Shown piece by piece: positions 12,141 through 24,428 of a stretch of 64,000 bases of DNA (the stretch's first letter is position 1; the number at the start of each line of letters is the position of its first letter). This DNA is from Eledone cirrhosa (Eukaryota), in NCBI GenBank assembly GCA_964016885.1, contig OZ024740.1, forward strand, positions 74,524,001 through 74,588,000. Reading direction: 5' to 3'. The position numbers and the translations under genes were made by a program. The notes beneath the pieces are model-generated. The model was not told where the DNA came from. It saw nothing but the letters and a program-made list of their open reading frames with translations, and did not search any database.

Positions 12141-12675
12141 GCAGTGAATTAGCAGTTTGTTGTTAAAGCTCACACCTATGTAGGTTTACCTGGCCTCCCA
12201 TGAGGTTGCGTCTCAGGCATTTTTCTTGGTCGTTTTGATGATAGGGACTCCATTTCTATCATTAAAAGACTTCCCCGGTCCATTGCAGGTGTTAACCCTC
12301 AACTTCTGCTGATACTCAATTTTTCTCAGTTCAGTGGAGTGGAGTGAAGTGAAACGAAGTACTTTGCTTAAGAGCATGATGCATCTCCCAGTCATGGAAC
12401 TAAACCCACAACATCATGATTATGAGTCCAACACCCTAACCACATGGCCACATGCCTTCAAATTAACTGTTAGAGCATAAAAGGTGCTTTGTACTATTTT
12501 TTTCCATCTGTGTGCTTTCCTTCTTTTTGGGGTTGATAAAATACCTGTCTGAAGTTGGCAAAATTGTTAGAGCATCAGATGAGATGCCTTGCAGTATTAA
12601 TTCTGACTCAACATTCTGAGTTCAACTCATTCTGTAACCTATGTGGGTGATAGATTTACTCCATTGCCTGGTTCA

Positions 12676-12950
12676 AGTGATGGTGTATGGCCTAGTGGTA
12701 AGGGAGTTCACTTACGATCATAATATTGTGGGTTCTATTCCTGGACTGGGTTGTGTGTTGCTGAGCAAAACACTTCATTTTACGTTGCTGAAAATGACTA
12801 TCAGCAGTAGCTGGTGGTTTAACAATATAATGGACTGCCGACCTGTCCAAGAGGAAAGTCTTATACTCTCAGTTATATAACGCTTTGGAAACTGGGATAA
12901 GCATCAGCCTGATGAGCTTCCGGGCTCGAGACAGACTTTAGACTTTTAGA
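12676..12950 (+). mobile_element. tRNA-derived SINE (family also at ~33790-34035 and ~47520-47810, both minus)
   Basis: A box tggcctagtgg, B box ggttctattcc, body tgtgttgctgagcaaaacacttc, 3' tail ctgatgagc..cagactttagacttt shared by all three copies. Confidence 0.75.
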
Positions 12951-13127
12951 GACTGGTTCAATGCTGCCACATGGTCCTTGCATGCCTTTAATAGAATTCA
13001 TTTTCTCAATTTCATTTGTAAATGGTTCAGTTATTATTTACAAATTTACAATTCTTTTCTCTGTTGTCTTGCATACAAATATATGTATTTGGTGTTTATA
13101 TGTAACTATTTAATTCTTATATTTCAG

Positions 13128-13288
13128 ACGTATTTCCTCAAGTGTTCGAAGGTGGGAAATTGATTATTTCCAAAGGTTTAAGCAGTCATTTTCAAATCAG
13201 TCATACTTTGTCAATGAGTACATTCCAGTCAACTGGATATCGGTTTGGAGGAACTTATGTTGGTACCAAAATGTACAGTGCTCAAGAA
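13128..13288 (+). CDS. TOMM40: Tom40 coding exon 2
   Basis: tttcag| (D)VFPQVFEGGKLIISKGLSSHFQISHTL..YRFGGTYVGTKMYSAQE |gtaaga. Confidence 0.95.
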
Positions 13289-13969
13289 GTAAGAAGTTAC
13301 ATGTATAAAGATCTAGATTTTGTTAATGTTTTCTTTTCACGATCATCATTTAAACACCTGCTTTTCTTTGCTGGCAGTATTCTACAGCCAGATGACTTTT
13401 CTGATGCCAAACCTTATTTTTAACTATGAAACTTATTTCACCTGCCAAACTATGGGTCATAAACAAATGGAACCAGTTTAAGCAGTTCAACATGGAAGCA
13501 TATACATAGATGAACACATATATAACTGACTTCTGCACAGTTTTTGTCTGCCATCCACATTCCATGCTGGCATTGGTTGACTAGGTGATTACAGTCCAAG
13601 TTTGTTCTTATTTAGAGTTAGTGTCCTCGTAAATGAGTCTGAAGGAGCCATGTCTTGCTCAAATATTCTCTTTTGGCAGGGTTTCTACTGTTCAAGGCTC
13701 TTTTTAACACCAACCACTTTACAGTGTGTACTGGGTGAAGGTTATAATATCACCACTAGAGAATTTGTTCTGTCCTCAGTTGGACTAAAGGGTCCTATCT
13801 GCATTACAGTGTCTCTGTTCATTTACCAACCACTTTACAAAGTGTTCTGGGTGGGTGCATTTTATTGTTATGCCAATGTTTCTATCAGTATGACTATTTG
13901 TACTTCATGGAACAACTCATTCAACTTTTCTTATAGGGTAAACCAACATTAAATGATGATGATGTAGAA

Positions 13970-16400
13970 CAAAGGTTCTCAATGGGGGGTATATGCACCC
14001 CCTGGGGAACGTTTCGGAATTCCAGGGGGGATGGGTGCTTTGGGGGGCACTGGAAGGCTCTTTACTTTGGTAAGTTTTATAAGCCATATTTGTATGTCTC
14101 TGAGACAGCCAGTGTGAATGTATTTGAATGAGCATGGTCTGACTGCAGGTGTGCAGGCGTGTCTAGACATTAACTGGCAATTGAGATCCTAAAAATGGAA
14201 AAGCCCACAGTCAACTGGGTCAAGGGGACTTTGAGCGCGGCCAGTTAGAATCTTATAACTTATTGACTCAACCTTAACGAGTTAACACAGAAGTGGGTAG
14301 CCCACACATCTAGGACCACATACAACACATAAGCAGGTAATACACATCTAGGACCACATACAACACATAAGCAGGTAATACACATCTAGGACCACATACA
14401 ACACATAAGCAGGTAATACACACACATAGGAACACATAAGGAGGTAGCACACACATCTAGGACCACATACAACACACAGGCAGGTAATACATACATCTAG
14501 GACCACATACAACACATAAGCAGGTAATACACACATCTAGGATCACATACAACACATAATCAGGTAATACATACAACACATAAGGAGGTAATACACACAT
14601 CTAGGACCACATACAACACACAAGCAGGTAATACATACAGCTGGGACCACATGCAATACATGAGCAAGTAATACATACATCACACAGGCAGGTAATACAT
14701 GCATCTAGGACCACATACAACACATTGTATCATGTGCTATGGTTGGCCAACATAAGGGTTTCGTCACTCTTCTGAAGAGAGAAAATCTATCTGTATTTGC
14801 TGTTCATTGTGTCATTCATCGACAACACTTGGCTGCAAAGAAACTCAGCAAGCCGCTGAGCAAGTCCTTGCAGGTGGCCATTGACGTCATCAATTTTATC
14901 AAACGGCATTCCCTCAATGAATGAATTTTCCGGCAACTGTGCCAAGATAATGACGAAGAATTCGTCTAGTTGCTCCTTCATACTGACATGAGGTGGCTTT
15001 CAAAGGGCAAGTGCCTTACTCACTTCTTTGAACTGTTCAACTCTATCATTGAGTTTCTGCGAGGATGCAACACAGAACTGTACAAGAAAACCCTCGATGT
15101 GAGGCAAGACCGCCTACCTCACCGACATCTTTGATAAATGCAATAGTGTCATTATGGCTTTGCAGGGGAAGATCACCTTGCTTAAAGCAAGGAATACTGT
15201 GAAAACATTCCTGGCCAAATTGAATGTCATCAAAAGGAATCTTTGTAGATGGGAATTCTATAATTTTCCTAATGTCACCAATGTTTAAAACATTGTGAGC
15301 GATGACCAACTCAAAATTTATACCACTCACCTCCGTGTTCTACAAGACAATATGAGAGAACGGTTTGTCGACCTTTTGCTGATGGACATCCCAATGTGGA
15401 TAGCAGATCCCTTCATAGCTAATATCGACGATTTGGACGTTAAATTTCAGGAAGAATTCATTGAACTTCAAGCAGATGACATGATCAAAATTAGATTTCC
15501 CTAAATAGGTGAACCCCTTTTTTGGATGCAAGAGGAAATTCAGCGTCGATTTCCACTCCTACATGCAGAGGCTAAGAGATTTGCTCTGCCTGTTCCAAGC
15601 TCATACTTAGTCGAGAGAAGGTTTGGTGCTGTTTCCAAACTGCACAGTAAGGCTCGCAACCGCTACAATATAATTACATGTGGAGGTCTCTGGCTACATC
15701 TTACGAAAATTCAGCCTCATGTCAAAGAGTTAGCTAAACTCCTTGAAGCTCAAGGGTTCTATTGAAATGAGGTCAAAGTTAAAGTAAGTTGATTTATCCG
15801 AAAACTTGGATATGCTATTGTTACAAAGCAAACTAACAATTGTTTTATTTGTAGTTGCAGTCTGACTGGACTGGAAACCATCTACTACAATTCACTTATT
15901 TGTTGTATATATTTTACCATTTACTAATAAATATACCCTCTCACGTGGTCATGAAAACCCTCTTCCATGGTCTCTAAGCTCACAAAGCAGAGGGGACATC
16001 AAGTTATCAACATTTATTCTGTCCGTTTCATGAAAGGGAAAATTGGAAAGCTTTGAAATGATATAATTGCCACTTTCTTCCAGATAAGAACACATTTGGG
16101 ATGGACAGAGTTGTTCTTGTATAAATGTTCAAAATAGCTGGTATCGCCTGGTGGGAATCTAACAAATTCAACTGATCTTTATTCATAAAAAAGAACATTT
16201 ATGTTCCTTTTTTTTTGAAATTTATATATTTCCTTTCAAGGAATGTATTTATACTCTCAGCTGCCTGTAATGGTATCTTTGGAATATTGTTAATCAATTT
16301 TTTAGTAATCTGATCAAAATCAGTAGTATATTGGAAAATGGAAAAATAGTGTAGGGGGGCGTTTCGTGATTTTTTGGCTCAAATGGGCTGAGAACCTGTG
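13970..16400 (+). mobile_element. hAT DNA transposon (Buster/Charlie type), decayed
   Basis: TIRs caaaggttctca / tgagaacctgtg; perfect 8-bp TSD ATGTAGAA (13962-13969, 16401-16408) with central TA; transposase remnants VHCVIHRQHLAAK, LLHTDMRWLSKG, PSSYLVERRFGAV. Confidence 0.93.
14304..14725. repeat. 38-bp minisatellite inside the hAT element
   Basis: Unit tacacatctaggaccacatacaacacataagcaggtaa; ctaggacc at 14310, 14348 and 14386; about 11 diverging copies. Confidence 0.92.
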
Positions 16401-16651
16401 ATGTAGAATAGTAAGGTTTTAGATAGCAAACCAATTGAAACTACCTTTGTATTAAGGTGTTTTGATATAACGTTTTCATATTTATCTAAAAACCTTTCAT
16501 CATAATTTTATGTGACAATCTTTGTTTCAAATTCTTGATTATTTTCAAAATCATTTGAAAATCATAGGTAGTGTTTTTCATTAGAAATATGGTAACCAAA
16601 ACGTCAAAACTTATTCTCAATTTTCACCTGTGCTGTTTTTGCTTTCTTTAG

Positions 16652-16753
16652 GCTTACCCTGTTCTTATTGGTGATACTGATGCTTCTGGTAATATGAATG
16701 CAAACATCATACATCAATTAACCGAGAGAATTCGAGGAAAATTTGTTGCCCAA
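16652..16753 (+). CDS. TOMM40: Tom40 coding exon 3
   Basis: ctttag| AYPVLIGDTDASGNMNANIIHQLTERIRGKFVAQ |gtaagt; 102 nt. Confidence 0.95.
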
Positions 16754-17421
16754 GTAAGTTCATTCTCAATATTGTTTCTAAAGTTGACATTTGTTTTAAC
16801 TCTTTATATCTTATAATGATTTAGCTAGAAATATTTAAAAACAAGATTAATTCAAATATTTATATAATCTTTACTAGTGAACAGTTTGTGAAAATGTGTT
16901 GTATTAATACTATCCTTGTCATTGGTGGTGTAATGCTGACAGAACATGCTTTATTTTGCGCTCTGATTTGTCTCTGTCTTGTCACACATGCATCATACCA
17001 GCAGAAATGTCTATTTTCTGTTGCATGGGCTGGCATAAAAAATTGCAGTCCTCTCAATTAAGTTCTGCAAACCCACAAACCTGTTTGAGAGGTGACAAGG
17101 TCAGATGCATGTATGAATTTCATATAATTCATAACTTAAATTTCAACTCTTATAACCCTAATCTCCAGTTGTCTTCCTTTCTTTCTTATCACTTCTTCTC
17201 TCTCAATCTTTTATATGTTTCATGTACCTGTCCCTCACCTCGCAACTTTTCTCCTTACTGACCACTGGCTTCTGTCATTTGAGATATCTTTACCCAACTG
17301 GCATGTTGTCATTGATGGCATTTGGGTGTTTTCACAGCTATTCTTGCGTTCAAGTTTTCAAATTATTTCTATGAATTTCAAATACACTCGTGCTCTATCT
17401 CGAATTTCAACAAAATGTTTA

Positions 17422-18211
17422 TCTATATATCTAAAACAGAAAATGTATGTCTGTCTGACTCCCTAAAACTCGAGAACCACCCAACCGATTGTTTTCAAAC
17501 TTTACACATGTAATACTTATGTTCCTGTGAGTGTTCTGAGCAAAATATATTTCAAATTTTCAATGCCCTAGGGACCGCATTAGGCGATTTAGTAATCTCT
17601 CTCTATAATTCTTAGTCTTTCTTTTTAGATAGATACATAGATATAATGTTGCGCCCTTATAATATCTGTCTGCATTATGACGCTGTGTGTGTGTATATAT
17701 ATAGTGTGCAACGTTTTTCGAAATATTTACTTCTGTGTTCACAGATTGATTTTTTTTAGTTTCAGAAGATCCCGTTAAGGGTGAGAGCAGCGATTCTTTG
17801 CTTAAACTTTAATCTGTTATTTTTATATATATATACATCATAGATTGAGTTAGAAACTCAAAATAGTCTTTTATAATTAAATAGCTCAAGGAAGGGAATC
17901 TTTCCGAGCCGTGTAATACAATTGAATATATGAGCGGGATGAATACCAATACAAGTATATATGTGTTCGAATTGCAAATGACCAAGTTAGCTAGGTTGAA
18001 AATTTGGTCATTTGCAATCACATGTATACTTGTATCAGTGTTCATCCCTCTCATATATTCAATTATATATTTGTGTACAGATATTTTTGCATACACAATA
18101 ACAAAATATAAACAAACATATTTATTTCACGAGGCTCGATAAGGATAAATATATATCAAATATATAAGAACCCTAGAGCAAATACCGAACAACGCTGGGC
18201 CATTCTACTAG
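17422..18211 (+). mobile_element. non-autonomous Helitron
   Basis: A|TCtatatatctaaaac 5' end; degenerate subterminal hairpin ccgaacaacgctggg followed by CTAG|T; no TSD. Confidence 0.7.
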
Positions 18212-18354
18212 TTTATTTTAAAACTATAGTTTGTATGTATGTTAGTCATAGTGCTGTTTTTTACTTTTTTTTTTAAATGCTAATAACTTTGATGTTGGGG
18301 AGTTTTACAGTGTTGAAATAAATGAAATGAAATAATCTTGCTTTCTTTATTTAG

Positions 18355-18460
18355 ATCCAGAACAGTAAGTGGCTGGCCACGCAATTTGCTGTGGATTATA
18401 AAGGCAATGATTTCACTGGTTCTTGTACTCTTGGAAATATAGATATTGTTAATGAATCTG
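18355..18460 (+). CDS. TOMM40: Tom40 coding exon 4
   Basis: atttag| IQNSKWLATQFAVDYKGNDFTGSCTLGNIDIVNES |gtaagt; 106 nt. Confidence 0.95.
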
Positions 18461-18639
18461 GTAAGTTACTTTCATATATGATAATGTTACTTGCTTATTT
18501 TTCATCATCATTTTTATGTCAGCTTTTCCGTAAATAAGGTATTTGTTTAACTGAATTTCACTTATCAAACTACTGAACTCTTGGACATAAAAATGTTAAC
18601 AGCTGTCCAAGATGAAACAAACACACACACACACATATA

Positions 18640-19075
18640 TATCATCATAGTTTAACGTCCATTTTCCATGCTAGCATGGGTTAGATGAGTTGCCCCATTG
18701 TGAGACAAGCCAGGTCTGATGACCATGACTTACTCATACATGACATGTTTTGGCTTGATTTCTACGGCTCGATGCTCTTGTTGACACCAACCACATTTAC
18801 AGTGTGTGCTGGGTGCTTTTTGTCATGGCACCTACATGACCACTTTACAGGGTAGGCTGAGTGCTTTTTGTCATGACACCTACATGACCATTTTACAGAG
18901 TAGGCTGAGTGCTTTTTGTCATGACACCTACATGACCATTTTACAGAGTAGGCTGGGTGCTTTTTGTCGTGACACCAACATGACCACTTTAGAGTGGGCT
19001 AGGTGCTTTTTACCGTGACACCTACATAACCACTTTACAGTGTGGGCTAGGTGCTTTTTGTTGTGTCACCTACCT
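18640..19075 (-). mobile_element. RTE-related SINE-like element with six ~48-bp internal tandem units (18797-19072)
   Basis: gtgctttt at 18813, 18861, 18909, 18957, 19003 and 19051; tail tttaacgtccattttccatgctagcatggg. Confidence 0.8.
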
Positions 19076-20253
19076 ATTCGTATGTGTGAATGAATATATA
19101 TATATTTGTGTGTGTATTTATATACAAACATGCACACACACTGGACAAGCTTCCATACAGTTTCTGTCTCTTTCACTCATGAAGTCAGCCTGGAGCTATA
19201 ACAGAAATCACCTGCTCAAAGTGCCCTAAAACTATGTGGTTGCCAAGTGAACCTTTTAACTATGTAGCCTTCTGCTCTTATAAAAAATATAGGACTAATC
19301 AGGAAGAAATTACAGCAGTATAATTAAAGCATTAAAAAAAAATGTTTTGATTTTTCATCATTCTTTTGATGGTATTCCAATTTTCATTTAACCTTTTTCT
19401 AACCATATCTTTAATAATACTGGTTTTCAGAATAGGTACAGTGTATCTTTGCATGACTTAAGAGATAACTAAGAGGGTTGATGTCAGGAATGGCATCTGG
19501 TTGTAAAATATTGTCTCAAATCATCCCATCCAAACCCCTTCCAGCATGGAAAAATGGACATAAAAATGATGGCACTATCAGTGATTTTCAATATATCTTG
19601 AAAATAATCAAGAATTTGAGGAATTTATTAATACAACTTTCTCATCAAGTTGGTTTTTGGTACATAACTTAAGAAAAGGTACTTTCATAAAATTATTGTG
19701 GAAAGTTTAAATTTAAATTTGAACAATTTAAAACAAACCCTTTTTTTTGCCAAGTGCAACTTTAGGTAGGTTGGTATCAAAATGGTTAAAATATGAAAGC
19801 TGTATTGTGAACCTGACAATCATCATTTTACATCTGTTTTCCAAGCTGGCAAAGTTTGGACAGATCATCACAATCTGAGATTAGATGGGTCAGAGGACCA
19901 TGTCTTGTTCATATATTCCTTTTTAGCATGGTTTCTACAGTTCGATACCCTTCCCAATGCCAACGATCTGATAGACTTTACAGAGGGCATTTTATCATGG
20001 TAGCAGCACAACCATTTTACAGAGTGTACTGGGTACAGTTTGTTTTGGCTCCAACATTCATTGTCTCTTTAGTGGGGCTGAGAGTAGGACAAGTAGCATT
20101 TTAGGTGGAGCAAAGATAGCTACATGTTTGTTGCTGAGAGCAGGAGAGAACAAGGTTTGGGTAAATGAAACATATTTTACAGTTATGTATCCTTTCTGTT
20201 ATTAACTACTTTGTATGCACATTTCTAAATGTTTCAAATTATTTGTTTTCTAG

Positions 20254-20385
20254 GTATTGCAGTTGCTCAATATTTACAGAAAGTCAACCCTTCATTAATG
20301 CTAGGTGTTGAATTGTTATATCAGTATGGTAACACCGTCCCTGGCAATGAAATGGCAATACTTTCACTGGCTGGAAAATATTCAG
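20254..20385 (+). CDS. TOMM40: Tom40 coding exon 5
   Basis: ttctag| (G)IAVAQYLQKVNPSLMLGVELLYQYGNTVPGNEMAILSLAGKYS |gtaaaa; 132 nt. Confidence 0.95.
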
Positions 20386-20969
20386 GTAAAATTATTTTAG
20401 CTCCTCACCATCACTACAATCATCATCATCATCATAGTGAAGCTACATGGTCTAGTGTTTTGGGTGTAAGTCTGAGGATTTGATTCTGGGACCGCATTTT
20501 TTTTCTGGAGTAAGATTGTTCATTTCACGTTGCTCCAGTCAATTCAAATGAAAAAAAAATGTGAACCAGCAGTAAGTAAGGTTTAATTCCTGCAATGTAC
20601 TAATGTCTGGGAAATCTTTTTGTGATATGACTTGGGCTCCTATCATAAAAATGCCAGGGAAACTTCATTAGAGATGCTACCTCATAGGAGATCAGCTTAA
20701 CCTATATGGGTGAGTTGTAACAAATCATCATTTATGTTTGCTTTCTATGCTAGTATAGTTTGAGTTGGTAATCATGGTTCAAGTCAGTTATTATTTAATC
20801 ACTGATCTAGATAGGTTGGAGGACCACATCTCACTCATATATTCCATTTTTAGCATGGTTTCTATGGCTGGAGACCTCCCTATCACCAACGACTTTATAG
20901 TGTGTACTGAGTGCATTTTATCAGGACACCAGCATTAGAGACATGTTCTTGCCAGGAATAAAGGACCTT

Positions 20970-21391
20970 CAGACTCGGACTCAGAAGCTCCCGCGTCTTG
21001 CGACGCATGAGGCAATCATAGTGTTCCACCGCGTTCGGTCAGCAGCCAGTTGCACAGCGTTCCGCCATTGTCTGTTTGTCGCTCGCAGGTCCCTCTCAAC
21101 TGTCTGGCGCCAGTTCATTTTGGGTCGCCCTCTCCGTCTGCTTCCCTGTGGGTTCCATTTAAGTACTTGGTTCGCCAATCTCTCCAGGGGAAGTCTCAAA
21201 GCGTGCCCAAACCAGCGTCTAAAGACCAGGGTATATCTTGGGTGGGAGAGCAAAAGTTGTCTGACCTGGACTTTGCGGACGATATTGTTGCACTTGCAGA
21301 GAGCACAGCTGACCTGCAAATCATTATGAACCATATCAATGTCGAAGCAGGAAGCTTAGGTCTCAATATCAGTGCTAAGAAGACCAAAAGC
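20970..21391. mobile_element. young 5'-inverted, truncated LINE (RTE-like) with 12-bp TSD
   Basis: TSD ATAAAGGACCTT at 20958-20969 and 21392-21403; minus half WFGHALRLP..RRRGRPK..; plus half LSDLDFADDIVALAE..GLNISAKKTK. Confidence 0.88.
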
Positions 21392-21510
21392 ATAAAGGAC
21401 CTTGATCGACCATTATCTGTTTGATTGCTAACCTGTATACATGGTGTACTGGGTTCATTTTCTGGTCGCACCAGCACTACAGTAGTTGTCATGTCCTCAA
21501 GATGACTTAA

Positions 21511-21718
21511 CCCTTTAGCATTTAAACCGGCCATATCTGGCCAGAATTTTCTCACCTCTTGCTGTTCAAATTAGCTATAACTGGCCATTCATACTGATGT
21601 TACGGTATTGTTCTCAAAATAAATAACATCAATATCTCATAGATTCGATATTATATGAGATAAAGCCTTTACTGCAAAAATACTAGAGTATATATAGAGT
21701 AATGCGAATGCTAAAGGG
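21511..21718. mobile_element. piggyBac-like MITE (copies at 32151-32327 and 49273-49424)
   Basis: TTAA|CCCTTTAGCATT ... AATGCTAAAGGG|TTAA; shared internal sequence among the copies. Confidence 0.8.
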
Positions 21719-22849
21719 TTAAAAGTTTTCCTAATTTAATCATCAGCCAATTTACAGAGTGTACTCAGTGCATCTTATCGTGGCACTAACAGTAGAGAGG
21801 TTGTCTTGTCCAATATAATGCCATTCTATACAGTGTCAGTTCTTTCATGGCAAATGTCATTGAGAAGGTGATTAGAAAGGGAATTAATCAGTTATTTTAA
21901 GACTATAAATTATTTTGATACAATATTTGCTTATCCATTTACTACTTTGTTGTGTTGGCTGTATTCTATTTAGAATTGTTTTTCTGTCTAGTATGGGTTG
22001 AACTGATGAGTTGTTTATCAGAGTTTATTTGTGTAAAATGTGATCAGAATGCATGCTGGACAAATTTCACAGGCAAAACCAGCCGATAGGAGACCCAGAG
22101 GTAGGTTATGAAAATGATAGTTGAATAACATCCTTGAGCATGGTTGGTCTCGCTTGGGAATCCAGCTGGATCAATTGGAGACAGTTGCTTCTGATAGGAA
22201 CCTCTGGAAGGCATGTCTAAGGACTCTGCCCCTACAACCCTTCCAGGAATAAATGGGTGAAGAAGAATAGTGTGTCTGGTATATTCATTAAGTTTGGTGA
22301 GAACTCTTAGCCAAATTAAACAACAGGAAAATTTAATGACAGTGTTTTTAGACTGTAAAACAAAATACCTGAGGTCTAATCCTGCCACGGTCAACTTCAA
22401 TTTCATCCTTTTAAGGTTAATAAGATAAAGTACCATTCCAGAGCAGTGACTTGATGGAATTGTTGAAGTATTGGATGAGACACCTTGCAGTATTTCTTCC
22501 ACCTCTTTGCTTTCTGAGTTCAAATCCCACTGTAGCCTACTTGTAGTGTGGCAGGCTTAATCAGTCACCTGGTTTAACACCATCACCTTTCCCTTCAGTG
22601 TCTTTAACAGAGTTCACTGTGTTGCAAGCATTCAGGTCTCCGGTGTGAGGATAAGTTTTCCCCTTCCTTCTGCCAGCCTCTCTCCCTGACTAAATTATAA
22701 AAAAATAGACAATTATTACAGATAGGACAAATTTCTTTCAGAATATAATAATAGTCTGCCAAAGATTATTTTATCCATATAAATTAAGTACATGTTTCTG
22801 GGAATAAATTGAAGAGAATAAAAACTACATACCTTCATGCATTACAAGA

Positions 22850-23315
22850 TAATCATCATCATTTTTATGTCCATTTTTCCATGCTTGCATTGATTGAGGT
22901 GGATCTTCTCCAACAATATCTCACTACTTGTTACATTCCTTTGACATCACCTTTGTGAGGTTCAGTGTCCGAGATTAGCTTTCCCAGCTTCCTTTCTCTT
23001 GTATCTCCTGACATGTTTTTACCCAACTGTCAACATCTGTATGTGCTTTGTTATTCATGCCCTTTAACATTAAACATTCAATGGAACATGCTTGCTTCAT
23101 TTATTTCAAGCCTTTACACATTCTCTACATTCAATGTCCACAATTCACTACCATACAACATCACACTCAGTACACAAGAATCATTCAATATACCCTTCAC
23201 TCAAAGAGAATCCCTTTGTTACTAACAAAAGTAATAACTTTCTGAACTTTTTCCACTCTGTTCTTATTCTTGCTACTATGCTTTCAAAACACCCTTCTTC
23301 ACTGATGATTAAGTA
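22850..23315 (-). mobile_element. RTE LINE 3' fragment
   Basis: Homologous to the GGCS..GWKKFRELL..RLERNEASML region, with a (cat)n tail. Confidence 0.7.
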
Positions 23316-23417
23316 ACAAAAGCTATAATTATTTTTACATAAAAATTTAAACTGACTCTGAATATTTTTGTCTTGAAACTTTATCCAATTTGTTTCTTAA
23401 CTTCTTGCCTATTGCAG

Positions 23418-23597
23418 GGGATAAATGGCAGCTTTCTGCTAACTGTAGTCCTGCTGCTGGAGGTATTCATTTAGGATTTTATCAGGAGATCATGGAGAAC
23501 CTTGAACTTGCTGTTGAAATGGAAACAAGTACACAGGAAAGTGCTACTACTGTAGGATACCAATATGAAATACCTAATGCCGGAATGACGTTTAGGG
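23418..23597 (+). CDS. TOMM40: Tom40 coding exon 6
   Basis: ttgcag| (G)DKWQLSANCSPAAGGIHLGFYQ..TVGYQYEIPNAGMTFR |gtaagt; 180 nt. Confidence 0.95.
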
Positions 23598-23954
23598 GTA
23601 AGTTTTAATCTAGGTTGAAACATAACTATAAAAAAAAAGGTTATTTAAATGTAAGTATTCTAATGGATATTGTCATTTACTTTCCATGCTTCCACGAGTT
23701 GTTACAATGTGACTTATTAGTTCTTATTGGGAGTTACTAACCTAAATTGGTCAGAGTATTACATCTTGCTTGTTCTTTCCATTTTGGGCGTTGTTTCTAT
23801 GATTGAATACTTTCCTAACACCAACCACTTTACAGAATATTCTGGGTCCAGTTTATCATGGCACCTGTTCTAAAGCGGTTATGTCCTTGACAAAAAGAAA
23901 TCACCCTCTCTGTCCTATAATGTCTGTTCGATTGTCAACCACTTTATAGTGTTT

Positions 23955-24428
23955 ACTACGACTTGATAAATTCCAACCTCACACACTTACACCTCTCCAA
24001 GACAATGTCACTGGACCGAGATCTTTAGCGCTATACAGTAATACAGAAGACCCGCCTTGCCTAAGTACAAAGCGAAACCTACAGTCAGTAGGCACCTCTA
24101 ACAAAAATACACCCCCGTCCTACCACCCCCACCCCTTTCGATGTAATGTTATGTTGGTACCACAACATCCAGTCCGAAATAAATGAGGTCGTGTAGGTGT
24201 CACAAAAAAAAAACACAGTCCATGCTATAATGTGGCTGTGTAGGTAACACGGTAAAAACCCCCCAGTCCACACTGTAAACGTGGTTGGTGTTAGGAAGGG
24301 CATCCAGCCGTAGAAAACCCGCCAGACAGTCCTATACGAGCAAGACAACCAATCTTGCCTCAAGTGGGAAAACTCCCGTCCAAACCCATGCAAGCGTGGA
24401 AGATGGACGTTAAACGATGATGATGATG
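23955..24428 (+). mobile_element. 5'-truncated RTE copy with SINE-like 3' module
   Basis: End of ORF (DLINSNLTHLHLSKTMSLDRDL..KTRL), then the shared module and gacgttaaac(gat)n tail. Confidence 0.8.

Noticed and set aside
12676-12750. tRNA gene
   Set aside because: A and B boxes are present but there is no intact cloverleaf, and it continues into a SINE body found in multiple copies.
12905-12940. CTGATGAgc..gc tcGAGAC as a hammerhead (also ~47530-47557, minus)
   Set aside because: It is the shared SINE 3' tail; there is no GAAA and no stem I or NUH in register.
14304-14725. CRISPR-like periodicity of the 38-bp array (also the 48-bp array at 18797 and 21-bp array at 48075)
   Set aside because: Head-to-tail tandem units without unique spacers, no cas genes, eukaryotic context.
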